From Camelus dromedarius (Eukaryota): a stretch of DNA of 64,000 nt. Of the stretch, positions 12,100 through 25,559 are shown piece after piece. The notes below the pieces were generated by a model. It was not told the DNA's origin. It did not search any database and was given only the letters and a program-made list of their open reading frames with translations. Position 1 is the stretch's first letter; each line of letters starts with the position of its first letter. Location: the NCBI RefSeq assembly GCF_036321535.1, contig NC_087437.1, positions 66,776,001 to 66,840,000 on the forward strand. Reading direction: 5' to 3'. A program made the translations under genes and the position numbers.

Positions 12100-13050
12100 T
12101 GTGTACATTTCTATTTCGCCTACTAGACTGTGCCCTCCTTCAGGACAGAGGCGTTTTCTTACTCTCTGCAGCATCTACAGTATTAACCTCTTACTAAGAA
12201 ATGCTAAATTTAGATGAATAAATGAACATCTGAACTCCCCTCCGTGCCACTCTGCCCTTTCAGTAAGTGGAACATAGTACATCTTTTGCTCAGATCAGGA
12301 ACCGATGGGGTGTCCTTGACTCTTCCTTCTTCCTCACTCCTTAGCCAATCCTTCATCAAGTCCTGTTCACTCAACCTTCCATTTCTACCCCCGGCACCCC
12401 CACCCTAATCTGAGCCACCATCTGTTCTTACCTGTGCTGCCCCAGACTAGCCTTCTAATTGGCTTCCCTGCCTCCTCTCTTGTCCTTCTCCAAGCTATTC
12501 TCCTCACAGAATACAGTGACCTTTAAGATAAAATTCTGAACAAATCAGAAGAGTTTCCATCGCCCTCAGGTTATTCTTCAAGTCCCTCGAAGCAGCCCTG
12601 CCTGACGTGCTCCTGCCTCCCTCTGAGCTGTACTTGCTGTAGCCCACGTTCACGTTCTCCAGCTTTGCTCTCATTCCTTGAATGTTTTGTGCTCTTTCCC
12701 ATCCAGATTTATGGCAATCAGAGCCCTATTCCTATTCTGCCCGACCTCTTTCTTCTAGCTAAGTTCTCAATCTAAATGTTTGTTATTCAGAGAAGCCTCC
12801 CCTGGCACTTGTGACCACCCCACCCCACCCCACTCCCTCTGACTGGGTTGGGTCCTCCTATTATATTTCCACAGAATTCACACTTTCATATCCCCTAGAA
12901 ATGACTTGTTTAATGACCTTTCACCTACTAAGCGGTCAGCTCCAGGAATATTGGGATGGTGATCATCTTGTACACGGCAGTGATCCCAGCGCTCAGTCGA
13001 GCGTCTGACACAGTGAGTGTATAATACATAGTTTTAAATGAATGAATGAA
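12100..13050 (+). mobile_element. L2 fragments with (GAAT)n tail
   Basis: Pyrimidine-rich L2-like body ending aaatgaatgaatgaa. Confidence 0.65.
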
Positions 13051-13994
13051 CTGATGCCTTTACTTGTTCCCATGAATCCAGCCTGGTTCTTCTTCTAGCA
13101 TCACCTTTATCCGCTTCTTAAGGCAATGTCCCTCATACTTGATCCCTTTCAGAATTCAATCTTTGTATCCTCCTTCTACAAATACAAGCACACCCTATAG
13201 GAACCCTTATTCAGCTTTCCTGAGGCCACTGTGGTGCCCCTGCATTGCCCTAACTCCCAGTCCATAAGCCTTTTGTGCATGTCCCAGAAACCAAGTTCCT
13301 GGAAGCAGGTGAAAAGGCAGTTTCCTTTTCCTCTTTGGCACACTCCTCCAGGTCACAACGCTGCCTCCCAAATGCAGGATTCCTCCCTGGATGTCCCTGG
13401 AAAACTTCTCACAACTTCATCTTAAGCAAGGATATCCCAACAAATCTCAGAATCTCCATCACTAAAAAGCAGAAGAGGTTTAGTACACTCTGGCATCATG
13501 TTTCAACTTTACCAGAAACTGTAGGAAGAAGGAATAGATCTTGGAAATCTTACAGAAGATTTTACAAACAAGCACAGACAACTGTCCATTCATGATGTCA
13601 GGAAGAAGGGAGCTGGCCCCCATGCATGGTCAGCATGCTTGGGCCCGGGACATGATAAATGGGTTTTGTGCTGTTTCCGGGATTGAATGTCATTACATTC
13701 CCGGGACGTTACTGGTTTATGGTGACTTCAGGTCAGAAATATTTAGAGTTGGATCTGTCCTAGGGAATTGGTAGTTATTTCCTATCACCATAGGACCCCT
13801 GAAAAGTTCATTGCGAAAAAATCCCAGACCTGGTTACAAGGCTGTGTCCCAAAGTTCCTTTGGTGGAAACTGGTTCTTCAAAATAAAATAAAACAAAATA
13901 AAAAGATAAAAAGAAAATAGACTTTAGACTTTACCAAGAACCCTTGGGGAAAAGAGGACTCCACTGGCTGGACCAGACAGTGAGTCCACCTTAC

Positions 13995-14272
13995 CATCTC
14001 ATGGAGAAACACGGCTTCGGCTCTGGCCCCAGGGCTCTCCTGCAGAGCACTGGACTCCACCTGGCCAGTCTCTCCACCCTCTTCCATCGCCTTCTCTGCA
14101 TCAGGCTTCTTCTCTAATTCACTTGACTGTTGAGAGCCAAGGGAGATTTCTGAGGTCGTCTTCTCTAGTTGGGCGCCTGGCTCTGTGGAAAGGCCTTTGC
14201 TGCATTCCACTGTTCTCACTGCATCTGGTCCTGGCTTCGCATCCTCAAGGGCCACCTTCTTGGGTATAGATG
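13995..14272 (-). CDS. ARHGAP31: ARHGAP31 exon 11 (278 nt) (ASIPKKVALEDAK...AEAVFLHEM)
   Basis: Inside ORF 13878..14318. Acceptor ctgcag|CA, donor ATG|gtaagg. Confidence 0.94.
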
Positions 14273-14497
14273 CTGCAGTGAGGATGAGAGTTATCAGTTG
14301 AAGGAGGCTCCATGTCAACAGAAGTGGTTGCCAGCACAGTAACTGTCCTGGACTGGTCCTGCTTCACATAGATGGAGGAAATCTCCCAGCTCACTGCCCC
14401 CTCACATTCTTTCCCCTTTCCTCTTAGCAGTGTCCTGTTATCAGATCCCGAGTCTCAGGCTGTCGGAGATGGGAGGGACCTTGAAGATCATCTAGTC

Positions 14498-14734
14498 CAG
14501 TGATTCTCAACTGGGGACCATTTTGCTCCTCCCCTCCCCAGGAGACATTTGGCAATGTCTGAAGACACTTTCGGTTTCACAACCGGGTGTGGTGATGGGG
14601 CGGGCGGAATGCCCACTGGCATCTAGTAGGTGGAAGCTAGGGATGCTTCTGAATATCCTACAAAGCATAAGATAGCCCCCTACAAAGAACTGTCCAGTCC
14701 CAAATGTCAACAGCGCTGTGGTTGAGAAACTCTG
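14498..14734 (+). mobile_element. MER20 (hAT-Charlie), nested in a MIR-like remnant
   Basis: cagtgattctcaac...ggagacatttggcaatgtctg...gttgagaaactctg. Degenerate 8-bp TSD atctagtc / ctctaatc. Confidence 0.85.
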
Positions 14735-15741
14735 CTCTAATCCAGTCTTTTACTTGTTGCCTAAGGTCACAGAATTCTGTTATTTACACCAAGCTACAAA
14801 GATATATTATGATTATAATGGAAGCTCCCTGCATGACTCTTCCCAGGGGTGATCTATGTGCCAATTTGGATATATCTCTATATCTAAAGTGATTAAGCTC
14901 CAATCTTAAACATCTACCAGAACAGAAGAGAGGGAGGCAGACCTCACATTTGGCCCCTACTGCCTTGCATGAAGAAGGACTAAGTATGTAACAAAGTATT
15001 TGGTACACAGCAGATTCTCACTGATGTTATTATTACTTTTATTATTGGAATTAAAGAAACTTAAGTTCAAATTTTAGTTTCTCAACAAATTTTGTAATCT
15101 TGGTATAATGGCATAATAATATGTAATAATACATTACAGGGCTCGTGTGAAGATAAACAAGGGAGGCAAAGCACCTAGTACCGTGTCCGACATGCAGCAC
15201 AAGCTCAGGAAAGTTCATTGATTAAGAACAAACTCTGCTCATTGCCTCTGGGTATGCTGGTGACTTAACTCAAGGTATCTGACCACAGTTCTGGCCTTGA
15301 ATCTGGATCAGACCCAGTGACAGCATCCTGATCTAACTAATACTGCTTCAGAACTGACAAGAGTGTTGTAGCAGGCTTATTTTTGGAAATTTAATTTAAT
15401 TTGGACTATGCAAAACATCTAGAGACCTGAAAAGTTAAAATCCTATAAAAGAGGTATTCTCAGAAAAGTTTCACTTTCATCCTTGTGTTTCTTCCACTCT
15501 GCTCCACATCCCCCTACTGTCCCTTATGGATAAACATTTTTATTAGTTTCTGGTTTATTCTGCCATATTCCTTTCTGCATATATAAGCGTACCCTTGTAC
15601 TGTGTATATTCTGATTCCCTACCTTTACTACACAAAATACAGCACATGATCTATACTGTTCTATGCTTTGCAATTTTTCACTTAAGAACATATCTTGAAA
15701 TCTATGACATATTAGTATATCAGAAGGTTGTTCTTTAGATT

Positions 15742-16210
15742 GTGACCTAGTTTGGGTTCCCCTCAAAGCAGAGTCTGAGCCAAGGTCTTGGCAGCAGGTT
15801 GCTTACTTGAAAGGTGGTCCCAGGAAGCAGGAGAGAGGAGCTGAGACAGTGATGGAGGAAAAGTCAATAAAGAGTATGGTTTCGAGCTGGTTACCACAGT
15901 GAGGAACCAGAACTCAGTCCCTGGTGACCCTCTGAAGACTCATGAGAAATGTACCCCATAGTTATTCCACCAAAGGGAGGGAGGCTGGGTCATTAACCCA
16001 CCGGTTCCCATCTCCTGTTGACTGAGAGCTGCCCCAGTTAATTTTCCCCATACTTCTGGGCTGTCCTGAGCCAAGGACTGGGTGAGATCCTTCCTTCAGA
16101 AAAAGCCGTGAGGCAGACACTTGGAATAGGATGCCTTCTGTGTGCACCGAAACTTGTCTCCTGCAGATGTGCAGGGGTTTGAGGAAATGGGGGCAGGACC
16201 ACAAAGCTAT
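15742..16210. mobile_element. ERVL-type solo LTR (LTR16/LTR33-like)
   Basis: tagtttgggttcccctcaaagcagagtctgagccaagg...ggtggtcccaggaagc. Confidence 0.6.
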
Positions 16211-17044
16211 GGACTCCACGAGACTCCGTCGTGTGGATGCGCCTAGTTATTCCATGCATCTCCTAAAGCTGGATATTTGGGTTGTTTCATTTTGCTATTA
16301 CAAATAATGTTATGACGCACATAAACATTTTGTAGTCATGCAGCTGTTTTTTTGAGATAAATTCTTGGACGTGAGACTTCTGGGTAAAGGGGTAATGCAT
16401 CAGTGATTTTTTAAAAAGAGTTGTTTTTCCCCGTGTTACTAAGATCTCTTAGCTGGATGTGGTTTGCCAGTGTCTCTGCAGAGCTCAGGGTCTTCCATTC
16501 ATTGACTGTGACCATAACTGCAGACTCTTAAAGTAAGGCGAGGAGGAAGGCCCTGCACCAAATGTGAGCTTGTTCAGATCACTCACTGTCCTGCTCAAAG
16601 CCCTCCTCACTCCAGCCCAGCCATGTACCCGCTCCTCTCCTACCACGCCCCTGCACGACACTGAGCAGACGTGCTGCCCCTGACGGGCCTTCTACTCCTC
16701 TGCTCTGGTCCTCCCGAATCTAACCCATAAACCAAGTAGCATCTCTTTTGGAGCCTCCCCAGACCACACCCTCCTTCTATTGCCTGAAGTTCTCACTGCT
16801 ATTCCCTACATGGTGCCAAGTCAGCAGGTTACCATTTTCTTTTCATAAGTATGTGGCATCCATCCCTGGGTTAAGTTCTTCGGGACAGAGGCAGCATCTA
16901 CTTCTAGAAACTACCCTAGCCTAGTTGGCCAATGAATTCTGTTGCTGGAGACTTGTAAACTATAAAAGATTTTCTGTAGCTCAAAAGGGAAGGGCATTGT
17001 CAAGTTCCCAAGGGGACACATGATGCACAAAGTGGGCAATCATA

Positions 17045-17512
17045 GAGGCAGAGACTGCTAATGTCCCCTAGTTCCAGTCTCTTCTTCACTTAGGAACAGA
17101 TCCTTTCGCATCCTTTAAGGTTAGCTAGGTACCTGGCCATCTAGCCAGTGCTGTCTCTCAGCCTCCCTGAGTAAAGTCAGTGTGGCCATGTAAGTTTTGG
17201 AAAATGGAATGGAGATGGAAGTGATGGGTGCAACTTCTGGGTCCATCCTTAAGTGGAAGCTACTTGGCTGCCTCCCCTGATCCCCTTCCCACAGGTGGGA
17301 ATATGGTGGTGGGGGGGTGTTGAGCCCATTTTGACCATGTAGATGGGCACAGCACGGAGATGGCTGAAGGACCCTGGGACCACAGAGGATCCCCCAGAGC
17401 ACAGCCACCTATCTCTGGGCTGGTATGTAAGGCAGAAATCAATTTCTATCTTGTTTGAGCCACTGTGTTTTTGATTCTCTATGTTACAGCAGCTTGGCTG
17501 TACCTTAACTAA
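17045..17512. mobile_element. MaLR LTR (MLT1-like)
   Basis: Ends tttgagccactgtgtttttg...tgttacagcagcttggctgtaccttaactaac, typical of an MLT1 3' end. Confidence 0.7.
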
Positions 17513-18899
17513 CAGAATCATGGGTTTTTTAAGACAGGCTTGCTCCTGATTAAAAAAATAATAAGTCAAAACAAATTTTTGTAGAAAGACTCAAATTTCA
17601 GACACACTAAAGCATAACTATTCAAAATAATTCTTTTGTAAATTCTTCAAAAAAAAAATGAGGCAACTCCTAGTATCTCTTTGGGTACATTTCATAGACA
17701 TTTTCCCATGCAGACCTCACCCCAGCCCTTGAGATAGGAGCCATCTCTGCTTTGCAGAAGAGAAACAGGCTCAGAGATATCAAGCAGCTGTCACCCTGCC
17801 AGCAGCGGGAAAGCTAAGATCTGAATCTGGCCAGCTGAAGTCCCAAACCTACACACTTCCCACAGTACTCAGTCTCTCAGCTCAGCATGCCCTTTTCCAC
17901 CGTCTGCATTAAGAAATCCTACCCATTTATGAAGGCCCAAATGTCACCTCTTCAGAGAAGCCTTCTGGAATCCTCCAGGAAGGAGAGGGCTGCTTCTGTT
18001 TGACGCCCTTGAAGTCCTTTCTGAACAACCCTTTCATGATACCTTGGGTGCCTGTGCTCTCCCTCATTCAGAAAGCCCGAGGGCAGTGTGAGACTACTCC
18101 CACGGGCTGCCCCTGGGCTGCAGGTGGGTGCAGAGTTTCGGTTTCCCTTCCTAGTTTGTGATCTTGCTGAGGGAAGGGATTGTGTCTTAACAATCTTTGT
18201 AACTCCACAGCCCACAGCAAACAGGAGGGAATAGGGAGGAGTGCTTAAAAGCATGGATTTTTAAAAATCTGGATTAAAATCCTGGCTTTTACACTTTCTT
18301 GCTATGAGTCATTGGGCAAGTTAACAGCTTCCTCTCTAAGCAAACAGGGACAACAGTAACCACCCATACCTCATGGGGCTGCTGTGCAGAGAAAGGAGAT
18401 AATACATGTAGAACACTTAGGACAGTGACTGACACCATGGTAGGTGATCAAAAAAAGTTAGCTAATTGAAATAGAAATATTCTTAAACCACAATGAGAAT
18501 GTGTTGGTTTGTCTCTCAGCCATCCTTTCCTTTGAGGTTCTTGTGACTTCCCTTCTGTGTGGCTCACAGTTGGCTGTTGATTCTCACTTCAGAGATGGCC
18601 CGGAGACTCAAGCTCAGCCAGTCTTAGAACCCTATTGGCCTGGCAACAGTGATTGGTTCAAGGCTGGGCAAGTGACCCAAGCAGGCCCAATCAGAGTCCT
18701 CCTTGTGTTTGATATAAGGAAATCGGGAGGGAGATGCTCTTTCTCACTGCTAGGGCTGCTAGCCATGTTCTCTGCACGTGTGAGGTAGAAATGTGGGATG
18801 GGTGGATGGACAGAGGTTGAGTCTGGAAGAGCTGAATCACTAATTCCAATTCTGCATTCCATTCTGTGAGCATTCCCTCCTGCCTTCTTACTATGTGAG

Positions 18900-19170
18900 T
18901 CAATAAAATAATAGTAATAGGTAAAGTGACATGTATTGGGTACTTATTATATATTAGACCCTGTTCTGAGAGCTTTACCTGTATCAACTAATTTAACAAG
19001 AGATTTATTCACAAGACTAATTCACAAGAGACTTACGAACAAAGTATGATCCTTAACATTATTCCCATTTTACAGATCAAGAAGCTGAGGCACAGAGTGG
19101 TTATGTTCACTTATACAGCAAAATGGCTGAGCCTGGACTTGTACCCGGGCAGCCTGCATCCAGAGCCCAC
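18900..19170 (-). mobile_element. MIR SINE (similar MIRs near 11120, 18250, 31460, 44620, 49350, 53400, 56100, 58040, 61940 and 63800)
   Basis: Core cccattttacagatcaagaagctgaggcacagag. Confidence 0.75.
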
Positions 19171-19273
19171 AGTCTTAACCACTTTACTACATTGTCCTGC
19201 AAACTCTGTTTAAGCCAGTGTAAGTCTGGTTTTTCTCTCTTGCAATGGAACAAGACCCTCTCCTCTGTTTTAC

Positions 19274-19849
19274 CTGTAGAAGTCTCAGCTCCCAGTGGCT
19301 TCTCTTCTTCAGGCCAACCTCCACTCTCCGAGCCCTGGAAAGAAAACTCTTCCAGGCTGGAAAGAGACTGTAGCTCCTTTGGGGGTGTTCTGCACGGGGT
19401 GCTGTTGGTGCTGATGACAGCTGATACACGGAGTGGCACGGACACAGCAAAGGGCTTGGAGATGTTCAGGGCCTTGCGCTGGTGACGGGGAGAGGGCTCC
19501 ATCTGGAAGAGGCTGCTGGTGAAGACAGATTTGCTGGGGCTGTCGTTCGAGGTGTAGAACATGCCCAGCATCTTCGGGGCTGTCTGCTCACTCTCAGGAT
19601 CCTCGATGGGCCGGAACACCTTCAGCTGCTCGGGTGGGGGCCGGGCCTGAGCGCCCTGGAGCTGGCTTCTGTCACTGCTCACATCAAAGCCCCCCTCTGC
19701 CCCTGCTGGCATCCCCTCCTGGCTCCATTCACCCTCCTGCTTGCTGAGGTCACATGAGCTGCCAGTGCTAGCCGTGTGCATTTTCGCTGCTGGAATGAAA
19801 AATCCACCCGTGGTGACTGTTCGATTGAAATTTCCTTTGGCTTCTTTCC
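19274..19849 (-). CDS. ARHGAP31: ARHGAP31 exon 10 (576 nt) (GKEAKGNFNRTVTTGGFF...PLGAETST)
   Basis: Inside ORF 19107..19868. Acceptor cactag|GG, donor G|gtaaaa. Confidence 0.96.
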
Positions 19850-21704
19850 CTAGTGAAAAAATAAACAAATGTGGTCAGCAGCCTGGGCACACACATCACT
19901 GCACAGCCTTCCTTAAGGGAAGGCACACAATATTTGAATAATGGAAAGGCATGGTGTGCTAATAAGGGCATAGCCATCCTCATAAAGACAGGTGCATGAC
20001 ATTTGTTGACAGGAGAAAGTATCTTACGTGCACGGAATTTTTTGCAGTGCACTGATGGAACCACTTGCTGCTGTCTCATATGCATCTCTTTTAAACTTTG
20101 CAGGTAGAGCAGTTTCCTAAAGACAGCCACTGCTAAGGCTGCTGAACAGAGCAGCCATCCACCAAGCATTAAATGTAGGTCATGAAAACTGAAAAGACGG
20201 ATGGGAGATGGTAGAATGATGTTTGCTTAAAATAAAGGAGACGACTCAAAGGCCAAAATAACAGAAACTTGTTTCATTTTAAAACCTTGAAACTTATTGT
20301 TTTTGGGTTTTTTTTTTAAACTTATTGTTTTAAGTCTTCTGTGGCAGATGGACCCAAACGGAGGTTTAATTTCCCTGCAAGGAAACAAATGCAGTCCTCA
20401 GCTAGACTTTTCCGCCTATTCCCAGGCTTCCTCCTGCTGATTCAGAGGACGAGAAACCAGAAATATAAATTAATTACATGTTAGAAAGCACAGTTGTGAG
20501 GAGTGAGTTCCTGACTGACTTAAAAGTGAAGGCAAAGAAGAGAAAAATCTGTATGGGAAATAAACAAGCTGGGAGATGACAACTGAACTGCCAGGGATCT
20601 GGGAAATAATTCCCAGCTGGGCACCAAGTGCTACATCTTAGGTCACACTAGGTTTAAAATTCTTAGGACCACTCTGTAGGGGGAGTATTATCACCTCTCT
20701 TCACACACGAAGAAGCAGACTCAGAGAGGTTTAGCTAACCTGCCCAGCACCCACAGAAGCGGTGACCTAGCTTTTGAAATAGTAAATCCTGCCAAACTGA
20801 GCAAGAATTGCACCTAAGAGGTTTCAAAACCAAGCAAATGGATGAATATAAAAGTGAAAAAATGCTAAAAGGATTGATTCAGCTTAAAGAAAAAAAAAAA
20901 CACCTCACTGAATATCTTATAAGCTTACAATTCTTTGTGGAAAGTTGTTCTAAAGACTTTCTGTAGTTTCAGGCTGCCTCATTTATCAAAGAGAAAAATA
21001 TCTTGTATTAAAGGGATTGGAAAGTCATGGGATAACTGTAGGGGAGTTTAACTAGTCTGCTGTTAGGGAAGCCCTGTGTCTTGTAGCTTGTAGCAGTGCC
21101 TGTTGGCTGCTTAACAAAAACAGAAGCGAGAGCTACAGGCAAGTCAGCCCTGAAGGCTGGAGCCGTAAGAACCAACATGGTGAGGTGCCACCTTGGTGAT
21201 GGGTGTCACCTGGCACGCACATCTACTCCAACAAGCGATAACCAGCTACGTGCCAGGTTGGTGCCCATCAGTGTTTACAGATGAATGAAGGAATGAATGA
21301 ATCTACCAACTCAAAATCATGACTTGAAAAATATGATGAAGCTCATGCCTATGGAAACACCTAAACCCGAACCTCTTCTTTATGCCCCAGGGGACCCTCA
21401 TCCACCTTTGTTTTCAAGTGTGGACCTTTCACCTGGCTCAGGCTTGAATGTAAAGAGGCTGCTGTCTCCAGCTGTGGATGCAGAAAGGCTGGAGAAAGAG
21501 GCTTGGTGGAGTAGGAAGGTTACTGCAAGGGCTGTGTGAGCCCCTTGATTTGGGAAGGGTCAGGGAGCGATTTGAGTCCGGGGGAGTGTGTGTGATCCTG
21601 CCTGGAGATGAGCAGGTTCGGCAGTGTCTGAAGGCAGGTCTGGTGTGGGAGTACCACTCTCCCGCCTGTAATCCCCAGCTGCGGATCCAACTGTGAAATC
21701 TCAC

Positions 21705-21767
21705 CTTCCACGGGCACTGAGCACAGTGAGTCCATGCTTTTAGCTGGTCGGATAGTAGCCTTTTCCA
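21705..21767 (-). CDS. ARHGAP31: ARHGAP31 exon 9 (63 nt) (VEKATIRPAKSMDSLCSVPVE)
   Basis: Inside ORF 21520..21804. Acceptor ctttag|TG, donor G|gtgaga. Confidence 0.95.
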
Positions 21768-22325
21768 CTAAAGACAAAAGAAAAAATATCCCTGATGAAT
21801 GCATGTTGAGAGGGAGTGTTCAGAACAATAGGTCAGGCTGTACATACAAAAGAGAAATTTCTTTAGGAAAGTTTTTCAAGTATTCATAATTTTCCCCTTT
21901 GGAAAATATTCCCAACTCCACCTTAGATGTTCCTACTTTCTTGATGGGACTGATCTTATAAAAATAGGGCATTTATAGATCAAAGTTTTATTAACATTGT
22001 ACAGATAAAGGTAATTACAAATTACAGTTTGTCAAATAGCTGTTAGCAAATGAGGAGTCCTGAGCCCAACTTTGTGTACAGAAAAGATTCATCCATGGGG
22101 CTCCAGCAACTCCTCCTATTTGACAGGCCAGAAAGCAGGATTCTTGGCTGCAGCCACATGTCACAGCACCCAGGAATTTGGTACAACAGCTGAGAGGGCC
22201 CAAGGTCACAGAGAGTCACTTATATTGACACTGATGGCTCTTTAATTTCACCCTTGCATCCCATCAGAATTTAGCCAGTTTGATAATCTATCTCTGATTA
22301 GTTTGGTCAAGGGATATTAGACCAC

Positions 22326-22508
22326 GGGGAGGGTATAGCTCAAGTGGTAGAGTGTATGCTTAACATGCACGAGGTCCTGGGTTCAATCCCCACTACCTCC
22401 TCTAAAAATAAATAAACCTAATTACCTCCAACACCTCTCAAAGAAAGAAAGAAAGAAAGAAAGAAAGTACATGTATCAGTTTAAGAAAAACTTAAAAAAA
22501 AGAGAGAA
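22326..22508 (+). mobile_element. tRNA-derived SINE (Vic-1-like, camelid) with (GAAA)n tail
   Basis: ggggagggtatagctcaagtggtagag (A box)...gggttcaatcccc (B box)...aaacctaattacc. Imperfect TSD atattagacca / ataatagacca. Confidence 0.85.
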
Positions 22509-23074
22509 ATAATAGACCAGTGGCTTTCAACCCCAGATGCATATCAGAATCACCTGGGAAGCTTTTTAAAAAGTGACCAACACTCTGACTTGACCACAGA
22601 ACTCCCGAGGCAAGGTTGCTGTGGGTGGGAACCACACACTGGGGGATTCTGAGGTGCAGCTGAGCTGAGGAGCCCTGGCCTGGGACATCCTGTGCCTTCT
22701 GTGAGTTTCCTACCATGTGGTCCAGCACCTTGAGCTTCTTCCTTTTGAAAACCACATAGTGGGGCGGAACTCCTCCTAAGTCCAGATCAAAGCAGATCAT
22801 TGATTCTATTTTTACTTGATTGCTTTGTTCTATTGTTTTAACTTTTCATTACTTGGTGAACCTCTTTGTCTGTGTTACTGATTCTGTAACTGAAGTTCCC
22901 TCTGCTGTGCTTCAGCAAATCTATTGTTAGATCAGGAGTTTCTTCCCAGGTACTTCACCCCTTGAATTCTCCTTCGAGAATCCTAATTTCTGATTTGTAT
23001 CTGATCTGCCATACTTGGAGCAACCTGCCCTCTTCACCTAGGCTATCTTTCCATTTCGTGAAAGGCATTTTTTC

Positions 23075-23632
23075 CCATATAATGGAATTTGTAGATGCCC
23101 ATCCAGAATCCATTTCCCTTCCCCCTTCTCACAGAGCCCTTGTGCTTCCTGGGTGCATCTGACTGTGAGCCCATTCCTCAGGGCGGTGGTTGGCTCAGGA
23201 ACCCAGGCCTAAGCCAGTAAGCACAGGGTACTCCCTTGGTCACAGGGACTGATCTGTGTGACTCAGTGAAGGCTACTGTTTGGCAGGGGGAGAGGAGAGA
23301 CACTTAATGGGGGTCTGTAGGAAGGAAGGGTCCCTGTACTTAGGAGCAAGCTACCAGGAATGATGTTCTCTTACTGGACACAGTGAGAGTCAAAGGGAAA
23401 GCCTAGAACTACTATAGACACTTCTCAGCAAAGGAAACTAGTCTACGGAGAAAGCTGACCCACACTGGAAGGCAGAGCTTAGGAAAACACGGAGAAATGG
23501 AGACAGAGCCCCAGTATTAAGCCATCCCTGAAGCCTTCACTACATCTGGGTGTCCCAGTAGATCCCCTCATTGCATAAGCCAATTGAGTTGGATTTGCTA
23601 TTATCTACAGCCTAAGTCATTGTAACTGCTAT
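23075..23632. mobile_element. MaLR LTR (MLT1-like)
   Basis: aagccatccctgaagcc...taagccaattgagttggatttgctatt...taactgctatac. Confidence 0.55.
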
Positions 23633-23811
23633 ACCCCACAACATCGCTCATTACTCCAATAGGCAAATGTGATTTCTAACACCTGTGCCTTATAAGCCAT
23701 GACATACAATTATCACTGGGGTCGAGGAAGGTCCTTAAAACATATTCTCTCCCATTTTTACCTATAGGCATTAGTTTTTTCCCTCAAATCTTTATTATCA
23801 AGAATTTCAGC

Positions 23812-23941
23812 AGGGAGGGTATATAGCTCAGTGGCAGAGTGCTTGCTTAGCATGTAAGAGGGTGTGGGTTCAATCCCCAGTGCCTCCATTTAAGTAAGTA
23901 AGCAAACAAACAAACAAACCTAATTACCCGCCCCCCAAAAA
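23812..23941 (+). mobile_element. tRNA-derived SINE (Vic-1-like), second copy
   Basis: gggagggtatatagctcagtggcagag...gggttcaatcccc...aaacctaattacc. 10-bp TSD aagaatttca at 23800-23809 and 23942-23951. Confidence 0.87.
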
Positions 23942-24034
23942 AAGAATTTCAAACATTCAGAAAAGTTGAAGACCTTTAAACCTACCACCTAGGTTGACAT
24001 TTTGCCACACGTTTGCTTTATCTATTTCTCTCTC

Positions 24035-24061
24035 TATATATATATATGTGTGTGTGTGTTA

Positions 24062-24116
<55 letters not shown>
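24035..24116. repeat. Compound (TA)n(TG)n(TA)n microsatellite
   Basis: Directly visible. Confidence 0.95.
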
Positions 24117-24569
24117 CTACCTATGTACCTATATTTTTCTGAATCATTTGAAAGTGAGTTTCAATATTCTGACACTTCATCCTTAAATACCTCAATTTTA
24201 GCATGTGTCCTAAGAACCACCAGCACGCTATAAAAATGTACTATTCTTTAATATCATCTAAAATGGAATCTATTAGTCCCCGGTATCATCTTTTATAGTC
24301 CTTTTTTTTCAACTAGGATTCAATCAAGTTTTGCTCATGGCATCTGTACAGTTTACTACCTGCTTTTATAACTATCACCCTCATTTTTTAAAAAATCATG
24401 CTTTTAATCTCTAACACTAAAGGTCGTTGTAGAATATTTCTTTGTCTTTCCCTTTCTGACAATATTTAGCTGGGTTCATTATATTCCCCATTATACAGTG
24501 GTTCCTTCAGTCCCTCCTGCCTCAATTCCTATTTCCTACTCAGATATAATTCCTATAGGGCAGCATCCA

Positions 24570-25310
24570 TGACCCTCGGGGGAAAGGAACAAATCTTTAC
24601 AGTAGAGTTCAATTAATAAGTGCAGAAGGCATGATGGAAATAGAAAATGACCGTTTGGCAAACACCACAGTAATAACTGTTGCAGGCAAGAACCATTGAT
24701 GGATGTTAAAATTCATGGATCAAAGTATGATGAGAAAAAGATATTTGCGGTCTGAAAATATCTCCCACAAGATACTTATTAACTGCAAAGGAAAAAATAG
24801 TAGCTTTACAGGGACAAATCTTGTAAATAGCTTTAACCAAGTGATCAAACTTCACCTCACCTACAATAAAATATGACCTTACGTGCCCCCTGATATGACA
24901 CACTGAGACAGGCACAGCGTTCATAACTTCAATCTACCCCTGAGGAAATATTGGACAATCCCAAAACGAGGTGTATTCTGCAAAATGAATGGCCAAACTC
25001 TCCTAAAGTGTCAAGGTCAGAAAGATTGAGGGACTGTCCTAGGTTGGAGCATTAAGGAGTCATGACATCTAAACGTAATGTGGCTTCTTGGACTGGATCC
25101 TGGACCAGAAAAAGGACTTTAGTGGAACAATTGGTCAAATGTGAGTAAGGCCTATAAATTATTTAATAGCATTATGTTGATATTAATTTTCTGATTTTGA
25201 TTATTCTGTTACAGTTATCTAATATGTTTTCATTTGGGGAAGCTATGTGAGGGTATATGGATTCTCTGCAAACTTTTTGTAAATCTAAATTTATTTTTAA
25301 AAAACAAAAA
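24570..25310 (+). mobile_element. L1MC-like 3' end fragment
   Basis: tggatcctggaccagaaaaaggac...ggggaagctatgtgagggtatatgg...ctaaatttatttttaaaa. Confidence 0.7.
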
Positions 25311-25434
25311 GACTCTCTAGTTAATTTATAAGTCTCTCAGGGTTAGTCAGTTTGATGTGATCAAACTGAAGACTTAAGAAACAGAACTGAAAAAATATAG
25401 ATCTCTTATAAACACAGTTGCTGTTGATTCTTAC

Positions 25435-25559
25435 CTGAGAGCCTCTGTCCTCTCACAAACACACTCCCATTTCTACTCAGCTTTGATTTGGAGTCTGATC
25501 CAGAACGTCCCAGGTTAAATATTGACTTCCACTTCTTTGATTTACTGGAGAGCTTTCTT
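25435..25559 (-). CDS. ARHGAP31: ARHGAP31 exon 8 (125 nt), basic region (RKLSSKSKKWKSIFNLGRSGSDSKSKLSRNGSVFVRGQRLS)
   Basis: Inside ORF 25406..25717. Acceptor ttttag|A, donor G|gtaaga. Confidence 0.96.

Noticed and set aside
22326..22400. tRNA-Ala-like sequence as a real tRNA gene (also 23812-23886)
   Set aside because: Stems are mismatched, and a SINE 3' motif, A-rich tail and TSDs follow: SINE copies, not tRNA genes.
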